Assembly: GCF_032191835.1 (NCBI RefSeq) | Contig: NC_083235.1 | Coordinates: 57,412,001-57,476,000 of the forward strand | Reading direction: 5' to 3' | DNA: 64,000 nucleotides | DNA from: Heteronotia binoei | Taxonomy: Eukaryota | Shown here: piece by piece, positions 12,531-23,240 of the stretch | How the letters are laid out: every line of letters starts with the position of its first letter | Position numbering within the stretch: the stretch's first letter is position 1 | Position numbers and translations under genes: made by a program | Notes under the pieces: model-generated | Databases searched by the model: none | What the model was told of the DNA's origin: nothing | What the model saw: only the letters and a program-made list of their open reading frames with translations

Positions 12531-13585
12531 GTACGCGCAGGAGTCATCGGAAGCATTCTTATTCCAGATTTAATGTACTATCAAAAAAGTCCGCGTCTCA
12601 GTCGTGGCAGTTCGGGACATGAACAAGCCAACGACCATTGCCAGATGCTGATGTTTGGACAACCGCATAAAATCCGACATGCATCTGGCTTTCATCCATG
12701 CCCATCTCATCAGTTTATGTGCGTCTGACCTCGGCCCTGGAGTGGCTGTTGCACCCTAGGCCTCCCTTCCCACATACTGTGTTTTAGACTACGTGCTCAA
12801 TCCTTCAGAGGAGCTATGTAATATACAGTTAAATATATGTGCATGCAAAATGCATATTTTTCTTTGCTTCTGAAAAAAATGATGGTATGTTGACCTGCTC
12901 TGGTAACATTACTCTACATGTAAAAAGGTAATCACAACAAAGATGTTACTGTGAGCCAGTTCTAATCAGAGACAACTAGTCAAGCATAACAAGAGGCAGT
13001 TCTGGGTTGGGGTGTGCAATGCATCTCCATGCTCATCAAAAGGTGTACTCTTCAGTGTGCCCCAAGTGCATGTAGCAATGAACATAGACATTTACATCTA
13101 GTTATGCATTTACATCCACATCACAGATCATCTTTGCTTGCTTTTCCTTGATTATTCAGGGCATTTGCTTTTTGAGGGGGGTGGGGAGGCATTGGCAGGT
13201 CTTTAAACTTTCTTGAAAAACTTCACACCATGGAATGCTGAAATAATGCCACTAATTCCCCACTCTCTGCAGGAATCCTCAATTTTAACTGATAGATTTT
13301 ACGAGAGTTTAGTTTAGAGCAGGATAATCTGTGATTTTCTACTGCTTCTCCCTGCAAGGGCTTGGAATGGAGAGGCATTGTTTCTTTAACGCTTACAAAT
13401 ATAGCTTCTGGTTTCTTGGTGCGGAAAAGAATAGCTTATGTTCCTTCTTAGGAAATGGACGTAGTTTGGAAGAACTATAGCCAGTGCCAGATTTAGAAAA
13501 AACAGGCCTAGCCCTGCCCCTCGCTGCTCTGTCAGAGGCAATGGCCTCAATGGTACACAGGAGGGCAGGGTATAGTAGAGGAGAT

Positions 13586-13861
13586 GTAATGTACTCGATG
13601 ACGAGACGTGTTGAAGGCAACATACTTTATTAGCTGGTACATCACAAGAGAGCGAAACGCGGGCCGGGTCCCGCTTTATATACAATACCCGGAACAGACC
13701 TCCGACTGGCCCAGTCCAATCCTGGCCAGTCAAACTTCCCGCCACAGATCTTAATTGGTGGAGTACTTTCGCGCGCTACACCGAGTGGCCAGGGGACTTC
13801 CTCTGGTCATCTCTGCCGCGTCGCTGCGCAGTACTTCCGGATTTCAGAGCAAAACACAACA
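13586..13861 (-). mobile_element. Gypsy solo LTR, young
   Basis: TG...CA termini with a perfect 5-bp TSD GGAGA (13581-13585 and 13862-13866). TATATAA and AATAAA lie on the minus strand. About 20 CpGs are retained. The 3' half is homologous to the LTR at 9292-9544. Confidence 0.93.
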
Positions 13862-14636
13862 GGAGAACAGGAAAGTAGGGTTGTGGAACAGATTAGAACT
13901 TTCCATCCTTCTACGGTGTTAGCCGTGAATGGCCTTTATGATTATGTTCCAGTTTCCATATTAGTGAAGTGTTCCATGTGCAGATGTGCTGGGTGCTAAA
14001 ATCTGGGAAGGAATAGGACTAGAGAGGTTCTGTACAGACAGAAGTATCTACTCCCCAAAGTATGCGGGATAATCCAGTTGGACACATGAATTCCTTCAGC
14101 AAGGAGTTTAAAGAGGTAGAAAGTGAGCTCAGAGGGTACATACCTGAGTCCAGTCCCACCAAGACCCATCCCGGGATCTTTTAGTAGGACACGCAGTTTG
14201 ATGTGTATTTGAATCTGCATCTATGCATTCAATTTCTAACAATGCAATGATAGTCAGTTGCATCTGATGTCAGATAAATATCAAGACTGCACATTTGATT
14301 AGGTCTTTGATTCCTGATCCAGCAAGCAGCGCCTGCATGAAAGACTGCATCCATATGCATGTCTCCTTTGCTAGACTGTTCAACAGAAATATGGATCCTC
14401 TCTGCTCTGTGCTGCTTCACAGATGGATATACTGCAAAAATTAAATAAATGAAAGGTAGTAGCAAAATACAAAAAACCACAGAAATTTTAAACTCAGTGA
14501 GGTTCATGGGAAGCCCATGAGGAATCATGGAGATAGAAATAACTGGGAGCCTGGGAGGAAAATGGTTCCTGACACCTCTTGGGGGGTTTGCCCTGTTTTT
14601 CTAACCTCACCCTTTTAAATGACACTCAGATGTGCT

Positions 14637-15099
14637 TAGGGTTGCCAGGTCCGACTCAGGAAATATCTGGGGACTTTGGGGATGGAGCCAGGAGCAAGAT
14701 TGTGCCAAGTACGATTGAACTCCAAAGGGAATTCTGGCTATCACATTTAAAGGGACCATGCTCCTTTTAAACACCTTCCCTTCATTGGAAATAATGGGAG
14801 GATAGGAGCAGTTTCTTTTGGGGCTCATAGAATTGGGCCTCCTGATTCAATCTTTTTGAAACTTGGGGAGTTTTTTTTAAGAGAGGCATCAGATGCTATG
14901 CTGAAAGTTTGATGCCTTTATCTCAAAAATGAGCCCCAGATACCCACGGATCAATTCTCCATTATACCCTATGGAAGCCAATCTACATAGGGTATAATAG
15001 AGTACCCAGCAGACATTCAACACTCCCCCCTCCTTCTGATAACCCTGAAGCAGAGGGAGGGCCTCCAAACCTGCCCTCAACTGGGGATTGGCAACCCTA
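14637..15099. mobile_element. Non-autonomous hAT-like element (TAGGGTTGC TIR family)
   Basis: Terminal inverted repeats (TIRs) TAGGGTTGC...GCAACCCTA with an 8-bp TSD GATGTGCT/GATGTGCC. Homologous to 22500-22961. Confidence 0.88.
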
Positions 15100-15783
15100 G
15101 ATGTGCCTGGCATTCTGTTTCTCCAAAAGCATGCTCAGGCCATTGGAGGGAAGGGGAATTCTTCTTTATAAATTTACAAAGTCATATTTTTTTCTATACC
15201 TGGGGAATTCTGTGAGCATTTGGAAATCTGTACCTAGTCTGTAGATGTCCTGATTTCACTGCCCTACTAATAGGCACACAAGCACAATGTTTACAGTTGG
15301 AAGGAATTATAACAGGTCCCCAAAACAAAACATTGTGTTGTTTTTAGGACTTTTCAAATTATATAGGGCTTTTTCTGCAATTAATGTTTTTACACACATT
15401 TGAAAAGGTACTCAGATGTCTAATGTGAAGATAGCAATTCTGTTGAAGGGATATCACCTTTCTCGATACTCAGGACAGAGATTTTAAAACCCGCTATGTC
15501 CCTGCGAGAATATTCAGATCTGCCCATTCACCAGCTATATGTTATGTTAATGTCATGATACCTCCATCACACTGTGCCTGTGAAGTCCATCATCGGTGAT
15601 GGATGACCCCACAGTTCCTTTCCCTGGGTCTGCACCAACCTAAGGTTAAAAAAAAATCATTTGTTTATAGTTTCTTTGCCACCTCTCCAGAAATTTGCTT
15701 GAAGCATCTATTCCATTTAAAACATTTAAAACCCCATAACATCCTAAAATACAGTATAGACAACATAAAATAAATAGGAGTAG

Positions 15784-15791
<8 letters not shown>

Positions 15792-15838
<47 letters not shown>
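15792..15838. repeat. (TA)n microsatellite
   Basis: Pure TA run abutting the tail of the Sauria SINE. Confidence 0.98.
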
Positions 15839-15842
<4 letters not shown>

Positions 15843-16085
15843 AAAGGTAGTCTGTGCAAGCACCGGTCGTTTTCGACTCTGGGGTGACGTTGCATCACGT
15901 TTTCACGGCAAACTTTTTTACGGGGTGGTTTGCCATTGCCTTCCCCAGTCATCTACACTTTCCCCCCAGCAAGCTGGGTACTCATTCTACCGACCTCGGA
16001 AGAATGGAAGGCTGAGTCAACCATGAGCCGGCTACCTGAACTCAGCTTCGAACTCAGGTCATGAGCAGAGGTTAGGACTGCAGTA
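15838..16085 (-). mobile_element. Sauria SINE (Squam1-type)
   Basis: Plus strand reads aaagtaaaggtagt...gtcgttttcgactctggggtgacg...cccagcaagctgggtactcatt...gaaggctgagtcaacc. The ACCTTT-type tail lies on the minus strand. Confidence 0.88.
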
Positions 16086-16859
16086 GCAATGTAATATTCC
16101 CTTGGACTGGACAAATAACCACACATACACAATGCAAGTAAAACTGTGCTCAAGAAAATGAGTCAGGAAAATCAGCCCAATGTCTGGGAACTAAAATTAT
16201 TTTTACTTGGGCCTAAACTAAGGAATGGGGAGCAGAAACAACCTGGTAGCTGGAGGGATATTGTTTGTATGTTGACATTGCAATAAAGCACATGATGACC
16301 ACATCCCAACGTGGAGTCACTGTAGACCAGGTGTGGAAGGGATTTAAAAATATATATTTTTAAAGACTGAGGAAAGTGTTCAGAAAACTCCCTGTGCTGA
16401 AGGTCCATCACAAGAGTGCATGCCTCCACCCTCACAGCAGTGATGAAAACAATGCTGAGAATCTTTGCTGAGTAGAAGCAGCCACTGACAAAGCCCTGCC
16501 CCTTATGGTGCCACCTGTCCCTTTCATAGGTGGGGGCACACAGCACTGGGTTTAAGATGTTAGTTGGCAGAAGTAATGGCAGGAGAGAAGGTGGTTCTCC
16601 TTCAGTAAACTGGACAGAAGCCATTTAGGACTTTAAAGGGAGTGCAGCCCCTCCCAGAATGGGCTGATTTGTTAATCCCTGATTAGCTTTATGACTGATT
16701 TAACAATACCTCCAGTCCTGTCTAGATTGAGATTTAGTTATTGGCCCTCATCCAGACCATTACTGTCTCTTGAAACTTGCTCAATATTTCCTCAGACCCA
16801 TCTGAAGTTCAGGAGAAGCAAAGCTGGCTGTTATCGACATAGCAATGGCACCTCACTCC

Positions 16860-17250
16860 CAGTCCTCAGAATATCCCTATGAGTAGTTTAATGGAGATGT
16901 TACATAGCATAGCTCACAGCATGAATGCCAGATAATCAAACAGCAGTCTCTCAGCACCATCACCTTTCAGAATGGATTGATGAAGTAGGAAAGACACACG
17001 CATGCACGGGTTTCCCCAACAGCCTACCTGGAAAGTGGTATCAGGGTGAAAGGTATCAAAAGCCACCGAGAGACGTACCCTCCCCCTTTTGGTCTTCTTG
17101 CAAAGACTGTCAATCAGCACAACTGGGGTTGTTTCAGTCTTAAAAACTAGGCCTAAATCGAGACTGGAAGGGTATTGATAATCTGTCCCCAAGAACACCT
17201 GGAGTTGCTTAGCTATGGAGAGAGAGCAACAATGGTCAGGCACCCTTCCA
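16860..17250 (-). mobile_element. L2 LINE RT relic
   Basis: Translation FKTETTPVVLIDSL...RLSVAFDT resembles L2 RT (TETALVAL.DDL...DLSAAFDT). Confidence 0.6.
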
Positions 17251-17293
17251 AGCAGCTTGTCCCCTCCTCAGGCCTCACGAACAGAAATTCATC

Positions 17294-17528
17294 TAGGATT
17301 ACCAGGTCTGTTTTGGAAAATACCTGAAGACTTTGGGGGTTGATCCAGGAGAGGGCAGGGTTTGGGGAGGGGAGGGGAGGGGAGAAGCCTCAGGCTCGGC
17401 ATGATACAATGCCATAGATTCTGCCCTTCAGATCAGTCATTTTCTCCAGGAGAGCTGATTTCTGTCAACTGGAAATCAGTTGTAAAAGCAAGAGATCTCC
17501 AGGCCCCACCTGTAGGCTGACAACCCTA
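17294..17528. mobile_element. Short hAT-like MITE (TAGGGTTGC TIR family)
   Basis: Decayed TIRs TAGGATTACCAG...CTGACAACCCTA with an 8-bp TSD AATTCATC/ACTTCATC. Confidence 0.8.
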
Positions 17529-18231
17529 ACTTCATCCAAGTTTCTTTTTAGGTCACCATCAAAGGGTCACCATAGTAAATTGTTGTTGTCTTCACTTATC
17601 GGCTGCTTTCCTCACTGCAACTCAAAATATGAAAACAATTCCGTGAAATAGCAAAGCGAATTTGAAAATAATGCAAGCAATAAACTGCCTAAGGCAACAA
17701 AATGTCTGAGGCTTGACATATAATGAAGAAAGGGCTACAGGCATAAAAGACATTGCATTACAGCAAAGGGGTGTGCGTGATATAATAAACCTCATACTAG
17801 ACTAGAATACTGTCCCTTCTAGAAGCAGCCTCCTCAGCGGATCCATTGTACTACAGTGTTGATCCATTTGTAAGAATGCCTCCCTGAACTTTTCTGTTTG
17901 GTACTGTTTGCAAAGCAATAGAAACATGGGGCCTTCCTGATAACCTCAGGCAGGCCATTCTGTCTTATACTTTAAAAGCTAAGTAGTTTCCCACTCTACA
18001 AACAAGGAACGCTCATCTGGCCTTTAAATAAAATGTTGTGACCTTAATTAAGGCTGCCCTCCCTCTATACACCACCATTTTGAAAATGCTGCGCTTTTTG
18101 TTAAGTTTTGTGTATATTGTTGAAAATTATATACTCCACTCTACCAGTCATGTACTGCCCTTGATTGTTTTGCAACATTGCAGAGATAAGTACATCTTAC
18201 CACCATGCCCCAAACGAAGGGGGCTCCTACC

Positions 18232-18676
18232 CACGCCTAATTTGGGACAGGAGCTCACAGCAGCGGAGCTCCAGGACCTCTTAATGTTATTGTGCTCTTT
18301 CTTTTTTACCCCCTCCCAAAATACTTGCTTCTAGGCTCCATTGTTCAAAACCCCCTGTGAGAATTTTGCCGAACTCTAAGATTTGACAAACTTTCTAATA
18401 CATTTCCCCACAAAAAATGGGGAAATAACCAAAACATATAAAGCAGAAAGATGGAAATCTTCATCATGCCACTGCGGCCACATAGGAGAAAGAAATTTTA
18501 AAAGTATGATGGGAGTAAGGTTTTATTATGACAAGTATAAGTCAAGAAGCATTTTAAGGTAGATACTGAGCTGCTATAATTTCGTACACCTTCCGGTGAT
18601 GTCAGGGGTGTGTGGCATATGCAAATGAGTTGTGCTAATGAGCTCTGGCACCTCTTTTTCTACAAAATTACCCCTG
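18232..18676. mobile_element. hAT-like MITE (CAGG-TIR, octamer-bearing family)
   Basis: Ends cacgcctaatttg...caaaattacccctg, 8-bp TSD CTCCTACC/CTCCTGCC, and subterminal ATGCAAAT at 18619-18626. Confidence 0.8.
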
Positions 18677-19310
18677 CTCCTGCCTCTCCCTATACTATGT
18701 GCTGACCAATGAATAATTGGCCTACTGCAAGCAAAACGTTTGATTTTTTTTTTTTAAAGAGGGAAGTCCTTCCCTTTGCATCGCACAATGTGAGATTGAC
18801 TTAAATAGCCTATAGCTGATATGTCCTCTGCATTCCTTTGGCAGGGATCAAAGCCCTGCTTGTGTGAAGGAATAGCAGCCTGAGCACCTATCAAGTCTTG
18901 GTGCTGCATCCCCACCCCACCCCACCCCACCCCCCCAAGAGTGACAAGTCATGTCACTTATGTGAAATGGGAATAACATCTAACTGTGATGTCGGTCTCA
19001 CGGTGGTGTTCAGACTATCACCATCAGATCATTACTTTCAAGAGATGCCATGTAACTATTGATTTAAAGGTGTTAAAATAAGAGCAATTCATACTCAGGA
19101 CTAGGGTTTTGTGTGTATGTTTTGAATCTAGATGCAGCATTCAACATAATGTCCTGAGCCATCCGTGTGATATTTCTAGCAGAAGAGAGAGTTTGCTGGT
19201 TTTTGGGAAGCACAGGTTAGAAATAAAATAAAAATAATAAATAAATATCTAACTACACTGGTCAATTCCATTTTTGTTTCCAAATCCAGGACATTTGAAG
19301 GTCACATGAG

Positions 19311-19445
19311 GAGAGACTTGTGGCTCAGTGATAGAGCATCTGCTTTGCATGCAGAAGGTGCTAAGTTCAGTCCCCAGCATCTCCAGCTAAAAGACCTTGG
19401 AGAACCACTGCCAGTCTGAACAGGAAATACTGACTTGCCGCTTCA
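19311..19445 (+). mobile_element. tRNA-derived SINE, Squam2-like, internally deleted
   Basis: tggctcagtgatagagcatctgctttgcatgcagaagg..aagttcagtccccagcatctccag. Confidence 0.6.
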
Positions 19446-19629
19446 CGTTGTCACACCTTTAGCATGCCATGTGGCCCATTCAGAATCTGCCTAACCTTTG
19501 TTAGCCAAAGAAACTTTTAATCTTCAATTATTTTAATTAATAAGTGCATATATATAATTGTGCCTTGCTTTAGTGCACCTTATATCTAAGGTTTTCTGTA
19601 CTTAGGCAATTATACCTTGCTTTTCTCTC

Positions 19630-20085
19630 CACTCAAAGAAGCCTGCATCATTCTGCCCTTCTTCATTTTATCCACATGACTGCAGCCCTGTGAGGTAGCT
19701 CAGCATGAGAGAGACAACGGGCGTTTTCGCACTGACCTTAATCGGCAGCGACGCCCCTCTTCACTGTGCAGGATCTGCGCGGATTTTGCGCCAATTGCCG
19801 CGGAGCACCCGGAAGAGCCGCAAAGTCCCGCGGCTTTTGCAGCGCGAATGGAAACCGGTTTCCATTTGCGCCGCAAAAGCCGCGGGACTTTGCGGCTCTT
19901 CCGGGTGCTCCGCGGCAATTGGTGCGAAATCCGCGCAGATCCTGCGCGGTGAAGAGGGGCGTCGCTGCCGATTAAGGTCAGTGCGAAAACGCCCAATGAC
20001 TGGCCCAGGATCCCCCAGTGAGCTTCCATGTTAGGGTACAGATTCAAACCTGGGCCTCCCAGATCCTCATCCAGCACTCTGACCA
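19630..20085 (-). mobile_element. Older tRNA-derived SINE, split by the palindromic MITE
   Basis: ccctgtgaggtagctcagcatgagagagaca | atgactggcccaggatcccccagtgagcttccatg...gattcaaacctggg is continuous across the insertion. Confidence 0.65.
19719..19994. mobile_element. 276-bp fully palindromic MITE, probably PIF/Harbinger-type
   Basis: 138-bp arms with no spacer, centred at 19856/19857. Ends are GGGCGTTTTCGCAC...GTGCGAAAACGCCC. There are 6 arm mismatches and 3-bp flanks AAC/AAT. Confidence 0.9.
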
Positions 20086-21062
20086 CTGCAACAAGTTGCA
20101 GGCAGCATCCTCACATCAACTTCCTGAAGAAATTCTTCCCTTTGTATACATATGTAATGAAAGCTAGGAGGGGTGTGATTCACAGAGACATCCATTCAAG
20201 CCCATAGCTAACCAGGAGCCCATGGGGCCTGGCCACCTGACAGGTTTTTTGGGGACCCTCACCCTCTTCCCATGGCCACCTCCTCCTATGTGATTTAAAT
20301 TGTACCACTGCCTCCCCCGTGCCATTTAAAGGGCCCACCAATCAGCTGATCAGCAGGCTCTTTAAATCACACAGGAGGGAGAGAGATGCCCCCCAGCATC
20401 TACAGCTTCCTGCACTCACCCCCATGGGCCTCTCCCCTGTGGCCCTCTCCCTCTGTGGCCCCTAGCTACAGAGCTGCATCCATTTAAGGCTGTGGTCCTA
20501 AAAATGCTTTCCTGGGAGTAAGCACCTCTGAATAAAATGAAACGTACTATTCAGTAGACCCGCTTAGAATTGCTCTGTAACACTGTCATTGTCTTGCTAA
20601 AAACAGCCTGTGAATGCATGGATGAATCAGGTCTTGAACTTGATTCTCACAGAGACAACAGAGCCCTCTTCTCTAGCTGGGCCAGGCCCTCTGTAACCAG
20701 TCTGCATGACGGAGGGTTATGACATCATGCCAAGGGAGGATCCAGCCCCCAGGTTGGAAAAGTGGTTTATCTTTATCCCATCATAAGTTTTTTTCCTGCT
20801 CACAGTTCTAACTAAAAGGTTGGGATGGGGTTGTACTTTTGTGTGGTTTTTTTGGTCAGGAAATTTTCTTCTCTGAAAAACAAGCTCTCATTCTTAAAAA
20901 GGAAACTTTCATGTCAAAAATTAAAGGCCTTTAAAAAAAAAAAGTCTTAGATGAGACAAAATAGTATTCCATGTGCACCCACTGGCCCCTCCCTGACAGC
21001 CACGTTCCTGACCTTCTGGGTGGGCATAGAGAGCTTTCTTCTTACCTTATCCCTGCTGCTGC

Positions 21063-21537
21063 TTTTTAATTTATTTATTTATTTATTTGGGATTTATATC
21101 CCGCCCTTCCCACAAGTGGCTCAGGGCGGCTTCCAGTGATAGATCCAACAAAATTACAGTATTTAAACATATAAAGGGATCAGCATTTAAAACAGATAAA
21201 ACAGATAAAACCATGGTTATCAATAAATATTAATAAATATTTCAACTGTATATAAAAGAAATCCGGCAAGTTACATTAAAATTCTCAAGCTAGGTATAAG
21301 CTAGCCGGAAGAGGGTCGTCTTACAGGCCCTGCGGAACTGTACAAGGTCCCGCAGGGCCCTCACCTCTTCCGGCAGCTGATTCCACCATGTAGGGGCCAT
21401 AACAGAGAAAGCCCTTTCTCTGGTGGATTTCAAGCGGGCTTCCTTCGGCCCAGGGATAGTAAGGAGATTTTGTGTTCCCGACCTCAGTACTCTCTGGGGA
21501 ACGTGCGGGGAAAGACGGTCCTTCAGGTAGACAGGTA
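21063..21537 (-). mobile_element. L2 LINE 3' end, 5'-truncated
   Basis: YLKDRLSPHVPQRVLRS...RAFSVMAPTWWNQLPEEVR...CKTTLF, followed by a GGGCGGGATATAAAT end and a (TAAA)n tail. Confidence 0.92.
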
Positions 21538-21774
21538 ATGTTGCTCTGATTGGCGAAAAGCAAGTAGAACGGTGAAAAATCCAGGGTTCTAATCCCATTT
21601 CAGCTGCAAGATTGCTTGGGGGTCTTGTTCAACCTCCTGTCTTGCAAATGGGGAATCATAAATCTGCCCTCTTTTAAAAGGTCAAGTTATTCTGCTAACG
21701 TCAGTGAATGTTTGGAGTACTCTGACACAAGATACAAAAGCCAAGCCATCTCATTCTTTGTACCAAAGAGTATC

Positions 21775-21920
21775 CATCTGTCCTCAGCCAGAGCCAGGGC
21801 TTTTTCGGTCCAGGTGCCAACCTGGTGGAATTCTCTGCCACATGATATCCATGCTCCGTGAGCCCTAATTCAACAGGACTTGCAAGACAAAGATGTTCTG
21901 CTAGACCTATGGTTGAGGAG
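21775..21920 (+). mobile_element. L2 LINE 3' fragment
   Basis: ARARAFSVQVPTWWNSLP. Confidence 0.7.
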
Positions 21921-22499
21921 GACAGCAATGGTCTCCATCTAGCCTGGCTTCTTCTTCCTTCCTCCCTTCACGGGGTAAGGACACAAATCAGTGTACCTTT
22001 TATGCACCATCCATAAAATCTGTTATTAAAGTATGAGCTTAGCTAACAAGAGATGATAAAAACAACAAAGAAGGGTTCTTTTCTTATGTTCAATAAGAAA
22101 AAGAGCAAGGACATGGTAGGCCCATTGTGAAGACAGGAAAGTGAAATTATAACAGATAATGAAGAGAGGGCAGAACTGCTTGATTCCTACTTTTCCTCAG
22201 TCTTCTCTTGTGAGGGAAATGGTGCTCCATGTGGCAAAGATAGATACATGACGAGGGAAGGGAGTTGCAGCCTAGGATCAGCCTTTGGGGTAGTGCATAA
22301 ACACTTAGTTTCTTTAAATGAAACAAAGTCCTAGGGGCCAGATGAACTGCATCCAAGGGTACTAAAAGAACTTATGGACATAATTTCTGAGCCTCTGGCC
22401 ATTATTTTGAGAATTCCTGGAGAACAGGTGAGCTGCCAGAAGATTGGAAACAGGCAAATGTTGTCCCCATCTTCAAGAAGGGAAAAAAGGAGGATCCAG

Positions 22500-22961
22500 T
22501 AGGGTTGCTGAGTCCAATTCAATAAACATCTGGGGGCTTTGGGGGTGGATCCAGCAGCAAGGTTGTGACATGCATAAGTCCAAAGGGAGTTCTGGCCATC
22601 ACATTTAAAGGGACTGCACACCTTTTAAATGCCTTCCCTCCACTGGAAATAATGAAGGATATGGGCACCTTGTTCTGGGGCTTATAGAACTGGACCCCCT
22701 GGTCCAATCTTTTTGAAACTTGGAGGGTATTTTGGAAAGAGGCACTGGATGCTATGCTGAAAATCTGGTGCCTCTAACTTAAGAAAAAGCCCCCCGCCAG
22801 CACCTCAGATACCCACAGATCAATTCTCCTTTGAGAATCAGTCTTCATAGGGAATAATGGAGTGCCCAGCAGACATTTCCCTTATTCCCACCCCCCACCC
22901 CGCTTTCTGATGACCCCAAACCAGGGGATCTTCTGCCCCCACCTGGGGATTGGCAACCCTA
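22500..22961. mobile_element. Non-autonomous hAT-like element (TAGGGTTGC TIR family)
   Basis: TIRs TAGGGTTGC...GCAACCCTA with TSD GGATCCAG (22492-22499) / GGATCTGG (22962-22969). Confidence 0.9.
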
Positions 22962-23154
22962 GGATCTGGGCAACTACTGACCTGTCAACTTGATGTCTAT
23001 ACCTGGAAAAGTTTTAGAACAAATCTTCAGTCAGTCAGTCCTTGAGGATTTAGAAAGGACGGCTGTGATTAAGAACATAAGGACGTAAGAGAAGCCATGT
23101 TGGATCAGGCCAGTGGCCCATCCAGTCCAACACTCTGTGTCACACAGTGGCCAA

Positions 23155-23186
23155 TATATGTGTGTATGTGTGTGTATACACATACC

Positions 23187-23222
<36 letters not shown>

Positions 23223-23235
23223 CACACACACACAC
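23155..23235. repeat. Compound (TG)/(CA)/(TA) microsatellite in the CR1 3' UTR
   Basis: Visible directly in the sequence. Confidence 0.9.
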
Positions 23236-23240
23236 CGTGG

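Noticed and set aside
12690-12713. CUGAUGA...GAAA on the minus strand (possible second hammerhead)
   Set aside because: The intervening 13 nt cannot form stem II, and there is no convincing stem I or III.
9292-13861. A single element with inverted terminal repeats (DIRS-like)
   Set aside because: The right LTR has its own GGAGA TSD, the two LTRs are divergent, and the internal region encodes a DDE integrase with no tyrosine recombinase.
14229-14431. Strong minus-strand acceptor followed by a 67-codon open frame
   Set aside because: No recognisable homology and no convincing donor or poly(A) signal, so an isolated splice-like signal is not enough.
19311-19385. tRNA-like A/B-box sequences here and near 1060-1121, 34085 and 56030-56090
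   Set aside because: They run straight into SINE bodies and lack a complete cloverleaf, so they are SINE heads and not tRNA genes.
19700-20086. Mirror-image ORFs of 109-128 aa on both strands
   Set aside because: They are a by-product of the GC-rich palindrome and contain no transposase motifs.
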